A DNA stretch of 32,000 bases from Microcystis aeruginosa NIES-843 (GCF_000010625.1 NC_010296.1:2310001-2342000), one strand, 5' to 3'; shown: positions 15,956 through 24,849, counted from the stretch's first letter. Numbers and translations are program-made. Notes: generated from the letters alone by a model not told the origin.

Positions 15956-17533
15956 CTATTTCTTCCCTCGCCACAATTGACCTTGAGGATAGAAATAATC
16001 AAGACGAATATCGAATTGATCTAGGGCCAGTAATAACCGATTGGAAGGACGAAAAAGAAATAAGTTGACGCAGGGAATTTCTAGGACTTCTTTTAACTTA
16101 TCGGTATCGGGGTTAGTGGTAGTCAGAAAGTATTGTACATCAGCATTAAGACGATAATTAAGGGAAAGCAAATCACCTAAGTTAGTCCAGTCATTACCTT
16201 CGTCGCTGATAATAATGGCATTGGGTACAGCATTGATTTTTCTGGCAACTTCGCCATTCCAATAACTAGGAACTTTTGCCCAAGTAGTTTCGGAAAGAGC
16301 ATTATTGAAGTTCGGTATTATACTAGCACTTAACAAAAAAGTCAAGATATTTTTACCTAAAATTTTGCCTTGATTAAGCAATTGTGACAAGAAAAAAGCC
16401 GCAGTTATATAGATAGTAGGAAAGGTCGCAATTAGATAACGGGTGACAGTCGATCTAGTGGTAGTCAAAATTAGATCGGGAATGACTAAAGCTAGTAAAG
16501 GTACTAGGGTTGAGGTAATCAGAAAAGTAAAAACTATCGGGTTATTGTAGCGATAAACTCGATAAAAAGCATAGATAATTAAGATTAAAAAAATCATTCT
16601 ATATATATAGGTGAAGATGTTATTAAAAACAAAATCGCTATCGCTAAATGGAGAAGTAAAAGTTAAGAGCCATAATTTACTGATAAATCCCCAATCGAGA
16701 TAGTTAACGGCAGCCCAACTGGTGGAGTTAAAGGCCCTTTGAGAGTTAGTTAAAAAAAACTGTAACCAGGGTATATATAAAATCATCATTGTTAACCCAG
16801 ATAACAGGAAAAATATCAAGTTATTTTTTCGCTCTGGTTTCATAACAAGATACCAAAGTATAAAGGCTGCTTGAGCAAATAAGTTGAGAATAAAAAAGAG
16901 ATGGGTGTAGAGTCCGAGAGTATTAGCGACGGTGTATAAAGACCAATTAACAAGAGTTCTTTTCTTGAGGCATTTTAACAGTAGTAATTGACTGATTATC
17001 GTTAACAAAACCAAAAGACTATACTGACGGGACATTTGAGCAAATATTATATCAACTGGAGACAGTCCTAATAAAATTACTGCTAAAATTGCCGTTAACT
17101 TTGCTGCAAATAATTCTAGGGATAGATAGTAAATAAATGGGAGAGAGAGAAGACTAAAAACAATCGCTAAACTGCGGGAAGAAACGGGAGAAAGACCGAA
17201 TATTTTTTCCCAATAGCGAGAGATAATAAAGTATAAAGGTGGGTGTTGAGGGTCTTCTTTAGCGAGAGATTTTATTGTATCAAAAACATTACTTTCGGGT
17301 TTCAGTTGTTGAAATTTTCCTAATTCTGTGGTAGATAAAAGACGATTTTGAAAGATAGTATCAGCGATTTCCTTTGCTTGATAACCAGTGGTTCTAATGG
17401 TGGTGTAGGATTCATCATGCCAATAGATTTTTTTATCGATATTTGCGAAACGAAAAACCACACCGAGAGTTAGGATAATTGCCAAAAGTATTAAGAGCCA
17501 ATTGGGAGTTTTATAATTAATATTTGCTTTCAT
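15956..17533 (-). CDS. Membrane glycosyltransferase, GT39/ArnT-like
   Basis: 525 aa with about 11 hydrophobic segments. The early loop motifs WHDESYT and HPPLYF resemble PMT/ArnT-type glycosyltransferases. Its ATG lies 1 nt after the dnaB stop. Confidence 0.7.
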   Translation of the reverse strand: MKANINYKTPNWLLILLAIILTLGVVFRFANIDKKIYWHDESYTTIRTTGYQAKEIADTIFQNRLLSTTELGKFQQLKPESNVFDTIKSLAKEDPQHPPLYFIISRYWEKIFGLSPVSSRSLAIVFSLLSLPFIYYLSLELFAAKLTAILAVILLGLSPVDIIFAQMSRQYSLLVLLTIISQLLLLKCLKKRTLVNWSLYTVANTLGLYTHLFFILNLFAQAAFILWYLVMKPERKNNLIFFLLSGLTMMILYIPWLQFFLTNSQRAFNSTSWAAVNYLDWGFISKLWLLTFTSPFSDSDFVFNNIFTYIYRMIFLILIIYAFYRVYRYNNPIVFTFLITSTLVPLLALVIPDLILTTTRSTVTRYLIATFPTIYITAAFFLSQLLNQGKILGKNILTFLLSASIIPNFNNALSETTWAKVPSYWNGEVARKINAVPNAIIISDEGNDWTNLGDLLSLNYRLNADVQYFLTTTNPDTDKLKEVLEIPCVNLFLFRPSNRLLLALDQFDIRLDYFYPQGQLWRGKK

Positions 17534-17534
17534 T

Positions 17535-19298
17535 TTAATAATTAGAGCGACTTTGTTTAAGATTAAGAAACTTGGTAAATTCTGGTTGAAAAAGTAGCTT
17601 AATTGTGCCGGTGGGACCGTTACGGTGTTTAGTAATAATTACTTCGGCCACACCTCGATCGGGACTATCGGGGTTATAATATTCATCTCGGTATAACATC
17701 ATAATTAAATCCGCATCCTGTTCGATACTATTATGGACGATGATATTATTGGCAATAAAATTATGCAATTTATCTACTGTTAAATCATACACTTCTGTCT
17801 CTCCATCCGCTTGAATTGCCATAACTTCATCCCAATTAAACCTTAGGTCTGAATTACTCAGAGAGCGAGGTAAAGCGATATAATTACCGATATTTAATTC
17901 ATCTAATCTTTGCCAACCGTGGACAGTCAAAAATTTATGATTGGCTGTAGCTCTAATCGTGCGACCTAAACGAGTTGTTAATCGAAAAACTGGCTTAAAT
18001 CCTGTGGAAAAGACCTTAGTTACCAGTGCTTTTTCTAATTTCATTGTTTCCTCATTAAGAGCAAAAACCGTAAAATTAGAGCAATTCACTAACTGACAAA
18101 TTGGCACTTTAGCACGAGGAGCGGCTAACTCAACTAAACTATCACCCGCTAAACATCCCGACTCGCGTAAATCGGACATCATCGGTCTTTTATTATTGCG
18201 AGATTCCACGGCGCGACTTAACTGAGAAAGAGCAATTACCGGAGCATGAATTTCTCTCGCTAAACCCTTAAGACTGCGGGTAATTTTAGAAAGTTCCTGA
18301 ACACGATTATCACCTCCCCCTTCCATTAATTGCAGATAATCGATTAAAACTAATCCCATTTGCCCCTTTTTTTCTGCCTGTAAACGCCGCACTTGGGAAC
18401 GCATTTGAATTACACTTAAATTGGCACTATCATCGATATATATGGGCAAATTTAATAACTTTTCTAGTCCCCCAAGAACCTTCTCTAAATCATTTTGTCC
18501 CAAACGGCCCGAGCGAATCCGATTACTTTCGATTTTAGCCTCATTTGATAACAAACGTTGGGCTAATTGTTCCTTGGACATCTCCAAACTAAAGACAGCC
18601 ACAGGTAAATTCTGTTGAGCGATATTATAGGCAATATTAAGAGCAAAAGAAGTTTTTCCCATGGAAGGCCTACCCGCGATAATAACTAAATCCGAGGGTT
18701 GTAAACCACTGGTCATCGCATCGAGATCATAAAATTGAGTTTCGATACCAGGTAGAGTGGTCGTCTCCTGCATTTTCTCAATTTCGTTAAAAGTTTCAAT
18801 TAAAGTATCCCCCAGAAAAATTAAACCCTCCTGGGGTCGTTTTTGGGTGAGACGAAAAATCTTTTGTTCCGATTCATCGAAAACATTTTCTAATTCTAGC
18901 GTCGTATCCCTGGCTAACTCAATAATTTCTCCCCCGGTGGAAATTAACTGACGACGCATATATTTATCCATCACTAATTCAGCATAGCGATCGATGTTGG
19001 CAGCCGAGACAGTGCGCTCAATTAATTGTAACAATCGCGGCATTCCCCCGATTTCTTCCAGCAGATAGTTATCCTGTAACCAGCTGCTAACCGTCATTAA
19101 ATCCGTCGGTTTTCCCTTCCCTTGTAAAGCAAGCGCCGCACGATAAATATCTTGATGGGTTTTCACATAGAAAGCTTCTGGAATTAAAAAATCACTGATT
19201 CTACCTAACGCTTTTGGATCTAGTAAAATACCACCTAAGATAGATTCTTCCGCTTCAATATTTTGGGGGGGGAGGGACTGATCGCTAATCATTGTCAA
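17535..19298 (-). CDS. dnaB: Replicative DNA helicase DnaB (intein-containing precursor)
   Basis: LPPQNIEAEESILGGILLDP, Walker A GRPSMGKTSFALN, LVLIDYLQLM and ALSQLSRAVESR are DnaB hallmarks. The track start at 19298 is a TTG; an ATG at 19292 is the alternative. Confidence 0.95.
   Translation of the reverse strand: MTMISDQSLPPQNIEAEESILGGILLDPKALGRISDFLIPEAFYVKTHQDIYRAALALQGKGKPTDLMTVSSWLQDNYLLEEIGGMPRLLQLIERTVSAANIDRYAELVMDKYMRRQLISTGGEIIELARDTTLELENVFDESEQKIFRLTQKRPQEGLIFLGDTLIETFNEIEKMQETTTLPGIETQFYDLDAMTSGLQPSDLVIIAGRPSMGKTSFALNIAYNIAQQNLPVAVFSLEMSKEQLAQRLLSNEAKIESNRIRSGRLGQNDLEKVLGGLEKLLNLPIYIDDSANLSVIQMRSQVRRLQAEKKGQMGLVLIDYLQLMEGGGDNRVQELSKITRSLKGLAREIHAPVIALSQLSRAVESRNNKRPMMSDLRESGCLAGDSLVELAAPRAKVPICQLVNCSNFTVFALNEETMKLEKALVTKVFSTGFKPVFRLTTRLGRTIRATANHKFLTVHGWQRLDELNIGNYIALPRSLSNSDLRFNWDEVMAIQADGETEVYDLTVDKLHNFIANNIIVHNSIEQDADLIMMLYRDEYYNPDSPDRGVAEVIITKHRNGPTGTIKLLFQPEFTKFLNLKQSRSNY
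17730..18155 (-). other. DnaB mini-intein (142 aa, no homing-endonuclease domain)
   Basis: Inserted between RESG and SIEQDADL. It starts with Cys (CLAGDSLV, block A), has TANHKF (block B), and ends with VYDLTV...HNFIANNIIVHN followed by a +1 Ser. Codon positions were checked: TGT at 18155-18153 and AAT at 17732-17730. Confidence 0.9.
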
Positions 19299-19374
19299 TG
19301 CTGACCGTGCTTTATCATTAATATTGTATAGTCAGTTTCACCGTAATTAAATACAAATGTTCAGGTTAATGATC

Positions 19375-19485
19375 GGGGTTGGGTTTTGGGGTTTTAGGGT
19401 TTTGGGGTTTTAGTTGAAATTTCCCCACTTCCCCACTTCCCCACACCCCACACCCCACACCCCACTTCCCCACATCCCACATCCC
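19375..19485. repeat. Compound microsatellite block A: telomere-like GGGGTT/GGGTTTT run (19375-19411), then CCCCACTT/CCCCACA units (19423-19485)
   Basis: Read directly in the divergent dnaB-cobM intergenic region. Confidence 0.9.
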
Positions 19486-19503
19486 TTGTAAAGAGGATTT
19501 AGT

Positions 19504-20292
19504 ATGACTTTAATTGACTCCTCGGCGCTCTCCCCGGCCGTCTATTTTATTGGTGCGGGACCCGGAGATCCGGAATTATTGACGGTAAAAGCCTATAAAA
19601 TTCTCCAAAAAGCCGATGTTATCCTCTTTGCTAATTCCCTCGTCCCTAAACAGATTCTTGAGGATACTCGTCAAGATGCCGAGTTAATTCCCACCAGTAG
19701 CATCACCCTAGAGGAAATTATCCCTTTAATGATCGATCGCGTGCGTCGGGGTTTAGCGGTGGTGCGACTGCAATCGGGGGATTTAAGTCTCTATAGTGCC
19801 ATCCAAGAACAAATTCATCTTTTGACAGCAGCAGATATCCCCTTTCAGCTAATCCCCGGAATTAGTGCCTTTCAAGGATTAGCGGCCAAATTGGCCCTAG
19901 AATTAACGATTCCGGAATTAGTCCAGACAATTATTCTAACCCGGGTGGAAGGAAAAGCCTCTCCCATGCCAGAAAGTGAAGAATTAGCCTCTTTAGCCGC
20001 CCATAAAGCCAGTTTATGCCTATATTTAGCCGCCCGTCACGTTGACAAAGCCCAGGAAAAACTCCTAAAATACTACCAGCCAGAGCAACAGGTGGCCGTT
20101 TGTTTCCGTCTCGGTTGGCCTGACGAAAAAATCTGGGTTGTCCCCCTGTCAGAGATGGCCCAATTAACCCATCGGGAAAATTTAACTAGAACTACCCTTT
20201 ATCTAATTAGTCCCGCTTTAAACCAGATTACAGGAACTCGATCGCAACTTTATCACCCGCAACATTCCCATCTTTTCCGTCCTCATCCTTAG
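19504..20292 (+). CDS. cobM: Precorrin-4 C(11)-methyltransferase
   Basis: VYFIGAGPGDPELLTVKA, LQSGDLSLYSA and LTRVEGKASPMPESE closely parallel CobM/CbiF. Confidence 0.85.
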   Translation: MTLIDSSALSPAVYFIGAGPGDPELLTVKAYKILQKADVILFANSLVPKQILEDTRQDAELIPTSSITLEEIIPLMIDRVRRGLAVVRLQSGDLSLYSAIQEQIHLLTAADIPFQLIPGISAFQGLAAKLALELTIPELVQTIILTRVEGKASPMPESEELASLAAHKASLCLYLAARHVDKAQEKLLKYYQPEQQVAVCFRLGWPDEKIWVVPLSEMAQLTHRENLTRTTLYLISPALNQITGTRSQLYHPQHSHLFRPHP

Positions 20293-20427
20293 GTATTTTC
20301 TGGGAAGTCTATCGAAAGAAACACTAGGTTTCTACCTAAAGTTAGAGTTAAAGAGCGGCGATTTTGTTTAAGATTATTTCAGGAGGTAGGACAATTTTAA
20401 AAGCTTTTAAAATTAGTCTAACAATCC

Positions 20428-20586
20428 ATGCACAACTGCCCTATATGTTCGGGAATTACCCTTCGTCACCTTGTGGCTAGTCGTGCCTACTGGTATTGTC
20501 CTCACTGTCGTCAGGAGGTTCCTAACTTCCTTGATTGCTCCATTCCTCGCAGGGTAGAGCGAGTTAGAGCGGAAAAAACAGTCTAG
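20428..20586 (+). CDS. Small zinc-ribbon protein (52 aa), absent from the ORF track
   Basis: ATG at 20428 to TAG at 20584-20586: MHNCPICSGITLRHLVASRAYWYCPHCRQEVPNFLDCSIPRRVERVRAEKTV. It contains paired CPxC motifs (C4/C7 and C24/C27) and is followed by a strong hairpin. Confidence 0.5.
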   Translation: MHNCPICSGITLRHLVASRAYWYCPHCRQEVPNFLDCSIPRRVERVRAEKTV

Positions 20587-20617
20587 ATTTTCAAGTTGGT
20601 AGATGGCAATAAGACCT

Positions 20618-20648
20618 GTGGGATGTGTTAATTTTTAACCCATCCCAC
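20618..20648. terminator. Hairpin between the convergent zinc-ribbon ORF and tspO (possible bidirectional terminator)
   Basis: GTGGGATG-t-GTTAA-ttt-TTAAC-c-CATCCCAC, giving 13 bp of pairing. The flanking T tracts are weak. Confidence 0.4.
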
Positions 20649-20657
20649 TTTACCTAT

Positions 20658-21125
20658 CTATACATCCCGAGGATTGAGATGGATCATTTCCCAAGTCACA
20701 TAGGTACCGATCGGACTCCAAATCAGGTAGGGTAGGAGTAGGATGCCCGCCCAAGAAGAAACAGGGAAAACCAATAGCGCCAGAAGACAACCCAAGAAAA
20801 AACCCGTACCTCCGATAATCGTTCCCGCTTTGAGACTGCGTAGTTTACAGGTGACGGGAGTATAGGCAGTAATAGTCAATTCCACCAACAGATAAAAAGC
20901 CATCAAAAACCAGCGATTAGCCGGTTGAGCTTCCCAGACTAAATAAGCAGAAATTGCCCCACAAATATAGATAATTGTCCAGATAAGAGGGATTAATCTT
21001 TCAAAGGTTAACCAATCGGGACGACGCAATCGCGCAAACCAACGTACATCGCGAGAATTGAGTAATCCCCCAGCTAACGCTACCAAAAATCCGACGACAC
21101 CGATAAGCAACCAAGAGGGAATCAT
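20658..21125 (-). CDS. tspO: TspO/MBR family tryptophan-rich sensory protein
   Basis: 155 aa with five TM segments. WFARLRRPDWLTFERLIPLIWTIIYICGAISAYLVW is the TspO signature. Confidence 0.85.
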   Translation of the reverse strand: MIPSWLLIGVVGFLVALAGGLLNSRDVRWFARLRRPDWLTFERLIPLIWTIIYICGAISAYLVWEAQPANRWFLMAFYLLVELTITAYTPVTCKLRSLKAGTIIGGTGFFLGCLLALLVFPVSSWAGILLLPYLIWSPIGTYVTWEMIHLNPRDV

Positions 21126-21134
21126 GATTTTAAG

Positions 21135-21476
21135 CTATCCTCCGCTAATTTTGGCTTTGTAACCCGATTCAATGAGAATTTGTACAATTTTTTGGCGATG
21201 ATCTCCTTGGATCTCAATGGCATTTTCTTTCACTGTACCACCCGTTCCGCAAGCAGTTTTTAACTGTTTTAATAATTTCGTCAGAGTTTCGGTTTGGCAT
21301 TGAAAACCTGTAACCATGGTAACGGTTTTTCCCGCACGACCGGAGCGGGAGGTTTGAACTCGCAAATTCTGCTGATTTGGGGGTAATTCAGGAATGGAAC
21401 GCTCAAAAGCTGGAGAATTACTTTGATCTCCAAATTCCTGATAGGCAATCCGGTTTTTTTCTTTTGATTTACTCAT
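21135..21476 (-). CDS. yciH: SUI1/YciH family translation initiation factor
   Basis: LRVQTSRSGRAGKTVTMVTGF...LKQLKTACGTGGTVKENAIEIQGDHRQKIVQILIESGYKAKISGG. Confidence 0.9.
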   Translation of the reverse strand: MSKSKEKNRIAYQEFGDQSNSPAFERSIPELPPNQQNLRVQTSRSGRAGKTVTMVTGFQCQTETLTKLLKQLKTACGTGGTVKENAIEIQGDHRQKIVQILIESGYKAKISGG

Positions 21477-21493
21477 ATAGCAATTATCATACT

Positions 21494-21607
21494 GGGTTTG
21501 GGGGTTGGGGTTTGGGGGTTGGGAAGTGGGGAAGTGGGGAAGTGGGGAAGCTGTCTCATCACCCTATCACCCCAAAACCCTATCACCCTATCACCCTATC
21601 ACCCTAT
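21494..21607. repeat. Compound microsatellite block B: GGGTTTGGGGGTTGGGG + (GGGGAAGT)x3.5 (21494-21550), then (CACCCTAT)n (21560-21607)
   Basis: Read directly. The last CACCCTAT unit overlaps the last two codons and the stop (21599-21601) of the photolyase-like gene. Confidence 0.9.
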
Positions 21608-23122
21608 CTCCTCCTGACTACTGATAGCTCTTAATTGGTTGGACTGGCAGCGCATTTGATTAAGTTCAGCTGCCGACATTCGATCGAGATGACCTAAAAT
21701 CATATTAACTCGACCTTGGGATTTTAATTTTTCTCGATGTCGTGCCAAAAAATCCCAGTAAAGAAAGTTAAAAGGACAGGCAAACTCCCCGACTCGTTCA
21801 TTTTTTTTATACAGACAACCCCGACAATAATCACTCATTTTATCAATATAGTTGGCCGAGGCGGCGTAGGGTTTGGAAGCGAGAATTCCCCCATCGGCAA
21901 ATTGTCCCATTCCCAACACATTAGTCTGCATTACCCAATCGTAGGCATCGATAAAAACACTATGAAACCAGTTTTCAATCTCTTGGGGAGAGCAACCAAA
22001 AATTAAGGCAAAATTGCTCAAAATCATTAATCTTTGAATATGATGGGCATAACCAGTATTTTCCACCTGTGATAATACTTGTTTGAGGCAATTCATCTCG
22101 GTTTGATTACTATCCCAAAAGAAAGCCGGTAAGGGTTGTTGATGCTCAAACCAATTACGATTAGCGTAATCTTCTCCCAAATAATGATAAATTCCCTGCA
22201 TATATTCCCGCCATCCCAACACCTGACGGATAAATCCTTCGATGCTATTTAGGGCTAAATTATCTTTTTTATAGGCAATTTCTGCCCCCTGAATCACTTC
22301 CAACGGCGTTAGTAATCCTAGATTAAGATAGGGAGATAATAGGGAATGCCAGAGGGTTTCTTCTCCCGTTATCATCGCATCTTGGTAGGGTCCAAAGTTG
22401 GGCAGACAATTAGTAATAAAATGCTCCAAAACCTGTAAAGCTTGTCTGCGGGTTACTGCCCAGCGAAAAGGTTTGATTTTTCCATATTTAGGAATATCTA
22501 AAGCTTCCACATCAGCGATAACCTGAAGGGTAATTTCATCGGGTTCAAACCAAAGAGGAGCAGCAGTTTTTAATCCATCCTTGGGCGGTTTGCGGTTTTG
22601 TTTATCAAAGTTCCATTGTCCTCCTATGGGTTGATTATTCTCCATTAAAATCTGCCATTTTTTGCGACTTTCTCGATAGAAATCCTCTAGTAATAGTCTT
22701 TTACGAGATTTAGCCCAATTATTAAAATCTGTCCTAGTCCAGAGAAAGTGATTATTATCAATTAGGGTTATAGGACAGTCTAAATTAAGATTTTTGATTA
22801 ATCTAAGAAAAGGTAAATCATTAGGCATCATAATCTGTAATTCTTTAATGCCTAATCGTTTAATCCAAGCAGATAAAATCGGCTCAAAATCTTCTGCAAC
22901 TTCGTAGGTGACAGACCATCCTAAAGTTTTTAATTCTTCGGCAAAATGACGCATCGCCGACCAGATGAAAACTAATTTTTGCTGATGATAGGGTCTTTGT
23001 CGAATATGATTGTGGGATTCAATTAAAATAACCGGCGTTTCCTGTGCATAGGCTTGACGATTAGCTAAGGCCGCTTGTCCTGTCCATAATTGATCCCCTA
23101 AAATCCAAATACCAATGGTCAT
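21599..23122 (-). CDS. Cryptochrome/photolyase family protein, FeS-BCP / bacterial (6-4) photolyase-like
   Basis: 507 aa. The N-terminus is MTIGIWILGDQLW. C-terminal Cys residues (MNCLKQV ... CRGCLYKKNERVGEFACPF) fit the four-Cys Fe-S cluster arrangement of PhrB/CryB-type proteins. Confidence 0.8.
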   Translation of the reverse strand: MTIGIWILGDQLWTGQAALANRQAYAQETPVILIESHNHIRQRPYHQQKLVFIWSAMRHFAEELKTLGWSVTYEVAEDFEPILSAWIKRLGIKELQIMMPNDLPFLRLIKNLNLDCPITLIDNNHFLWTRTDFNNWAKSRKRLLLEDFYRESRKKWQILMENNQPIGGQWNFDKQNRKPPKDGLKTAAPLWFEPDEITLQVIADVEALDIPKYGKIKPFRWAVTRRQALQVLEHFITNCLPNFGPYQDAMITGEETLWHSLLSPYLNLGLLTPLEVIQGAEIAYKKDNLALNSIEGFIRQVLGWREYMQGIYHYLGEDYANRNWFEHQQPLPAFFWDSNQTEMNCLKQVLSQVENTGYAHHIQRLMILSNFALIFGCSPQEIENWFHSVFIDAYDWVMQTNVLGMGQFADGGILASKPYAASANYIDKMSDYCRGCLYKKNERVGEFACPFNFLYWDFLARHREKLKSQGRVNMILGHLDRMSAAELNQMRCQSNQLRAISSQEEIG

Positions 23123-23308
23123 AATTATCTCATTGCCTCGACTATTCCCCCGTATTTTTTAGCCATAATATCCGCCATTTCCCGAGCAGAAAATTTACTG
23201 GCTTTGTCGATGCTGGGGGTAAATGTCCCCGTAGGGGTTAAATAATGGGTAAATACCCCGACTTTTTTGCTAATAATCCACATATTTCTTGAAGTAAAAA
23301 ATCAAAAA

Positions 23309-23443
23309 GGGGATGGGAAGTGGGGTGTGGGGTGTGGGGTGTGGGGTGTGGGGTGTGGGGTGTGGGGTGTGGGGTGTGGGGTGTTTTCTCAGTGAACTGA
23401 TAACTGATAACTGATAACTGATAACTGATAACTGATAACTGAC
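23309..23443. repeat. Compound microsatellite block C: GGGGATGGGAAGT + (GGGGTGT)x9 (23322-23384), spacer, (AACTGAT)x6 + AACTGAC (23395-23443)
   Basis: Read directly. The block abuts the stop codon (23450-23452) of the hetZ-related gene. Confidence 0.95.
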
Positions 23444-23449
23444 TCCTGA

Positions 23450-24583
23450 TTAGGTTTTTGTCCTGAGACTTTGGGCGCTTAGATAAAGTTGCGTCCATTC
23501 TTTGACCACTTGCGTGCGTTTACAGTTTAATTCGCCGGCGATTTCCTCAAGGGTTTTACCCGCTTTTAAGCCATCGATAACGCTTTTACCCCTGGGAGAA
23601 AGGCCAGCATAGAAACTTTGCCATTGACTGAGAGTTAAGCCAAAATTATGCTCTTTCGGGCTGATTTCTAACCATTCACTGATTAATTCTGTCCCTTCCT
23701 TGAGGGCAAAAACCTTAATCGCATGATAGCCAACTTTTTCCCGGAGACGATAAATCCGTTGAATGGGAATATTCATCTCTTTGGCGATCTCATCTTGGCT
23801 TTCGCCCCCTAGATAGAGGTTAAACCAAGTCACCGCCTCCGGACTAACATTTTCCTCTAGATACTTAGCAAAACTCTCTTGAACTTTTGCCCGGAGAATT
23901 TGCGCTTCTTGGCAAGTGCGTTCATCTTCGTAGGTAGCGATCGCATTTTGATCCAGTAAACTTAAGCTAGTTTCCCCCTCATCGTCACTAATTTCATCGG
24001 AGAGAATCCGGATCATTTCTTGCCGCGGCACGTTAGTAATACCGCTTCTCGATTGACGACGGAGATAATTAACAAAACGATAGGCTAACAGGGGTTGATT
24101 GCGGATCGGACGCAGGGCGTATTCCTCTAGGGTGGCTAACAGCAGCCGATCGCGAGTAGTTTGATCGTTGGTACAACGAGCGATCCATGCTAACTGGGAT
24201 TGCAGATAGCGATCGCTATTTAACATCTCTTGAATAATTTCTTGCAAGACATCGGCCACCGCTTGCCGACGATCGCGACTTAAGGAAACCCAAGTGCGAA
24301 TTTTTTGCCGGAGAGTGACACAAGCGCCGAGACGATCGATCAGGTTACGATAGCCGCGGGTGGGACTAACTTTGAGATAGCGTTGCCGTAAAATTTGCCA
24401 AAGATAGACTAATCCCCGTTTAGCGATTTCTAAATCTCTCTCATCTAAATTTTCCCAACGTTGGCTATCTTCACCGAGTAACCAATTGATAATGGTATCC
24501 CGTTGGCGATCGGTTAAGGAATCCTCTGTTTGAGAGAGGCGATCTTGCCATTGTTGCCTTAACTCGTCGATTATTGTCGTCAT
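23450..24583 (-). CDS. HetZ-related protein (two C-terminal sigma-70 region-4-like HTH segments)
   Basis: The C-terminal half (SQDEIAKEMNIPIQRIYRLREKVGYHAIKVFAL...ELISEWLEISPKEHNFGLTLSQWQSFYAGLSPRGKSVIDGLKAGKTLEEIAGEL) parallels Anabaena HetZ as I recall it. The track start at 24601 is a TTG, so the ATG at 24583 is used here. Confidence 0.6.
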   Translation of the reverse strand: MTTIIDELRQQWQDRLSQTEDSLTDRQRDTIINWLLGEDSQRWENLDERDLEIAKRGLVYLWQILRQRYLKVSPTRGYRNLIDRLGACVTLRQKIRTWVSLSRDRRQAVADVLQEIIQEMLNSDRYLQSQLAWIARCTNDQTTRDRLLLATLEEYALRPIRNQPLLAYRFVNYLRRQSRSGITNVPRQEMIRILSDEISDDEGETSLSLLDQNAIATYEDERTCQEAQILRAKVQESFAKYLEENVSPEAVTWFNLYLGGESQDEIAKEMNIPIQRIYRLREKVGYHAIKVFALKEGTELISEWLEISPKEHNFGLTLSQWQSFYAGLSPRGKSVIDGLKAGKTLEEIAGELNCKRTQVVKEWTQLYLSAQSLRTKT

Positions 24584-24672
24584 CGAAAAATTGAGTTCCA
24601 AACCCCGTCTTTTGAGGACGGCTTTAGTTTGAATATTAGCGCATTTACACGATATATGCTAGAACCTGAGCC

Positions 24673-24720
24673 ATGGAGAAAGCCTATCGCTACCGATTTT
24701 ACCCAACACCCGAACAAGAT
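24673..24720 (+). pseudogene. Remnant of an IS200/IS605-family tnpB (OrfB) 5' end
   Basis: ATG GAG AAA GCC TAT CGC TAC CGA TTT TAC CCA ACA CCC GAA CAA GAT encodes MEKAYRYRFYPTPEQD, the canonical TnpB N-terminal motif. Similarity is lost after codon 16 and a stop follows 25 codons later. Confidence 0.4.
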
Positions 24721-24849
24721 AGGACTCTAGGCAGAAGAGAAATAGGAATTGTGCGGAAAGTGCGCTCGCATCGCTTCCTAGGGTGTGTTCCCTGAAAACA
24801 TGACAATTTCAAGGTTAACCAATATTTGGGAATGCACCACCCCTACCAT

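Noticed and set aside
17533-17537. 1-nt spacing between the dnaB stop and the GT39-like gene start as evidence of functional coupling
   Set aside because: Tight spacing alone is common in compact operons, and nothing else in the sequence links the two functions.
19265-19272. C8/G8 homopolymer in codons 9-12 of dnaB as a phase-variation site
   Set aside because: dnaB is essential, so on/off switching is implausible. The tract simply encodes Pro-Pro and is shorter than the G10 tract at 7295.
21377-21634. 85-aa + strand ORF spanning the yciH 5' end and repeat block B
   Set aside because: It is antisense to yciH and then runs through microsatellite sequence, giving a low-complexity product.
23238-23498. 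86-aa ORF (…PHTPHPTPHTPHPT…, QLSVISYQLSVISYQ)
   Set aside because: It is purely a translation of the (GGGGTGT)n and (AACTGAT)n microsatellites and has no independent coding signal.
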